64,000 nucleotides of DNA from Candidatus Cloacimonadales bacterium. Its GTDB lineage: Bacteria; Cloacimonadota; Cloacimonadia; Cloacimonadales; JAIOQZ01. The stretch lies in contig OY762463.1 of the NCBI GenBank assembly GCA_963665815.1, positions 160,001 to 224,000 of the forward strand. Direction: 5' to 3'. Below, one piece after another: positions 62,481 through 64,000 of the stretch (position 1 is its first letter; each line of letters starts with the position of its first letter). The notes below the pieces were generated by a model, which was not told where the DNA came from, made no database searches, and saw only the letters and a list, made by a program, of their open reading frames with translations. The position numbers and the translations under genes are program-made.

Positions 62481-63662
62481 ATGCAAACATTTATTGAAGT
62501 TGGTTACTATCAGCAGAATAAACATAAGCAGGGGACATGCGGAGATGTGTTTCTCACTAAAAAGACGCCTGACAACAGCAGAACAATAACAGTGCTTTCT
62601 GATGGACTTGGGAGTGGAGTAAAAGCTAATGTTCTGGCTACATTGACAGCCTCTATGGCATCTAACTACATTATCGGAGATATTGCACCGGAAAGAGCTG
62701 CAAAGATTATAATGGAGACTTTACCGATTTGTGCTAAGAGGAAGATCGGTTACTCAACTTTTACGATAGTAGATATGCATTCTAACGGGTTAACCAGAAT
62801 TATTGAGCATGATAATCCTCCCTGTATGATCATTCGAGATGGAAAACTCATGGATTTTGAAAGTCGGGAAGTTTTTCGCAGAATGAAGATGGACTACAAT
62901 CAGGTTGTCTACAGCAAGTCATTTCAGGCTGAACCGGGGGACAGGATTGTTTTCTTCTCAGATGGAGTCAGTCAATCGGGAATAGGATTTATGAATACAC
63001 CTTTTGGATGGGAGCGGGATAAACTGGAGAAGTATGTTCTCTCAATAATTGAGGATACTCATGATATTACTTGTAAACACCTTAGTGAGAAAATTGTCAA
63101 AACAGCTATTCAGTTGGACGGCTCCAGAGCCAGAGACGACATCAGCTGTGCCTGCGTGAGTATAAGAGAGATACGAAAAGCTATTGTGTTTACAGGCCCT
63201 CCCTATAAAAAAGAGAGTGATTCAGAGCTTGCCAGAATTGCAGACAGCTTTAAGGGTAGAAAAATAATCTGTGGTGGAACAACCTCCAAGATACTTGCCA
63301 GGGAGCTTGATCTGGAGATAAATGTTGACCTGGACGATCTGGAACTGGGCTCTCATATTCCTCCATGTGCTTATATGGACGGATTTGCTCTAGTAACGGA
63401 AGGCACAATAACTCTGACTGAGGCATACAGGATACTTAAGCAAAGAAAAGATTACTCCAAATTGAAGAACGCAGCCCAGAGACTGGTAAATGAGCTTCTA
63501 AACAGTGATGATATTCAGTTTGTCATTGGGACTAAGGTAAACGAGGCTCATCAGGATCCGACTTTACCGGAAGAACTGGAGATTCGCCGCAACCTGATTA
63601 AGAAGCTGTGTAAGATTCTCGAGAATAGCTACCTGAAACAGGTTGGATTCAGGTATATATAG
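62481..63662 (+). CDS. hfsC: SpoIIE/PP2C-family Ser/Thr phosphatase (HfsC-like)
   Basis: CGD, LSDGLGSG, FSDGV, RDDIS, TGPP, ICGGTT, VTEG. Confidence 0.85.
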   Translation: MQTFIEVGYYQQNKHKQGTCGDVFLTKKTPDNSRTITVLSDGLGSGVKANVLATLTASMASNYIIGDIAPERAAKIIMETLPICAKRKIGYSTFTIVDMHSNGLTRIIEHDNPPCMIIRDGKLMDFESREVFRRMKMDYNQVVYSKSFQAEPGDRIVFFSDGVSQSGIGFMNTPFGWERDKLEKYVLSIIEDTHDITCKHLSEKIVKTAIQLDGSRARDDISCACVSIREIRKAIVFTGPPYKKESDSELARIADSFKGRKIICGGTTSKILARELDLEINVDLDDLELGSHIPPCAYMDGFALVTEGTITLTEAYRILKQRKDYSKLKNAAQRLVNELLNSDDIQFVIGTKVNEAHQDPTLPEELEIRRNLIKKLCKILENSYLKQVGFRYI

Positions 63663-64000
63663 GGGGAGATGTCGACAGAATGGAGACAGAGGGTTAAGTA
63701 TTAGAATAAACTCGAATTACTTACATATTCATAACTTCCATAGCGAACTAAAGTCTTTCCGGATTTCATCCGTAATAACTTAAGTCCGTGCAAAGTTTGT
63801 TCTCTCAATCACGTAGTTCATGAGAAACAAGGTGCAGATGTAAAATTAACAATCTAATTTCTGTATTCTGATTCATTTTGCAAGAAATCATTTGACAATA
63901 ACGAGTGCCCCTGATTACTGCTGGATTATCTTGATAGAAGGACACAATGTGCTAGATAAAACATTTAAGGAATATGTATTACCTTTCTGTGTTATCAGCA

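Noticed and set aside
63663-64000. Weak hairpin (ttgttctc..gagaaacaa) and short ORFs at the window end
   Set aside because: No convincing ORF, RNA motif or repeat copy.

Overview
AT-rich chromosomal segment from an anaerobic bacterium. The C-terminal 'NYPNPFNPxT...KMLLLK' sorting domains, a C25 gingipain-like protease and [FeFe]-hydrogenases point to the FCB group, most likely a Cloacimonadota-like organism (inference). The backbone carries metF/metH, tsaE, gmhA, a nitrilase, the C25 protease, an apbE-folE2-M16-activase-megL-tlpA run, a TetR-controlled MMPL/LolA-like export module, aqpZ, and rex-hydCBA followed by an hfsABC-type sensory hydrogenase cluster. The main observations are: (1) four intergenic mosaics of GTAG-type REP-like hairpins and other short modules, each bordering an AT-rich single accessory gene (a nuclease-STAND ATPase, a B12 radical SAM enzyme, an HD-phosphohydrolase/HSP90-ATPase fusion), one containing an inverted-repeat element with a 35-bp tandem hairpin array; (2) an APH-like phosphotransferase fused to a RIO kinase, behind a full terminator/antiterminator attenuator and a second small leader ORF; (3) an att-like duplication of the metH 3' end; (4) four TetR-type operators, two sitting directly after internal terminator-like hairpins; (5) an unannotated lipoprotein gene broken by one in-frame stop. 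I found no tRNA, rRNA, CRISPR array, integrase or transposase. All family calls come from motifs read by eye, with no database searches.
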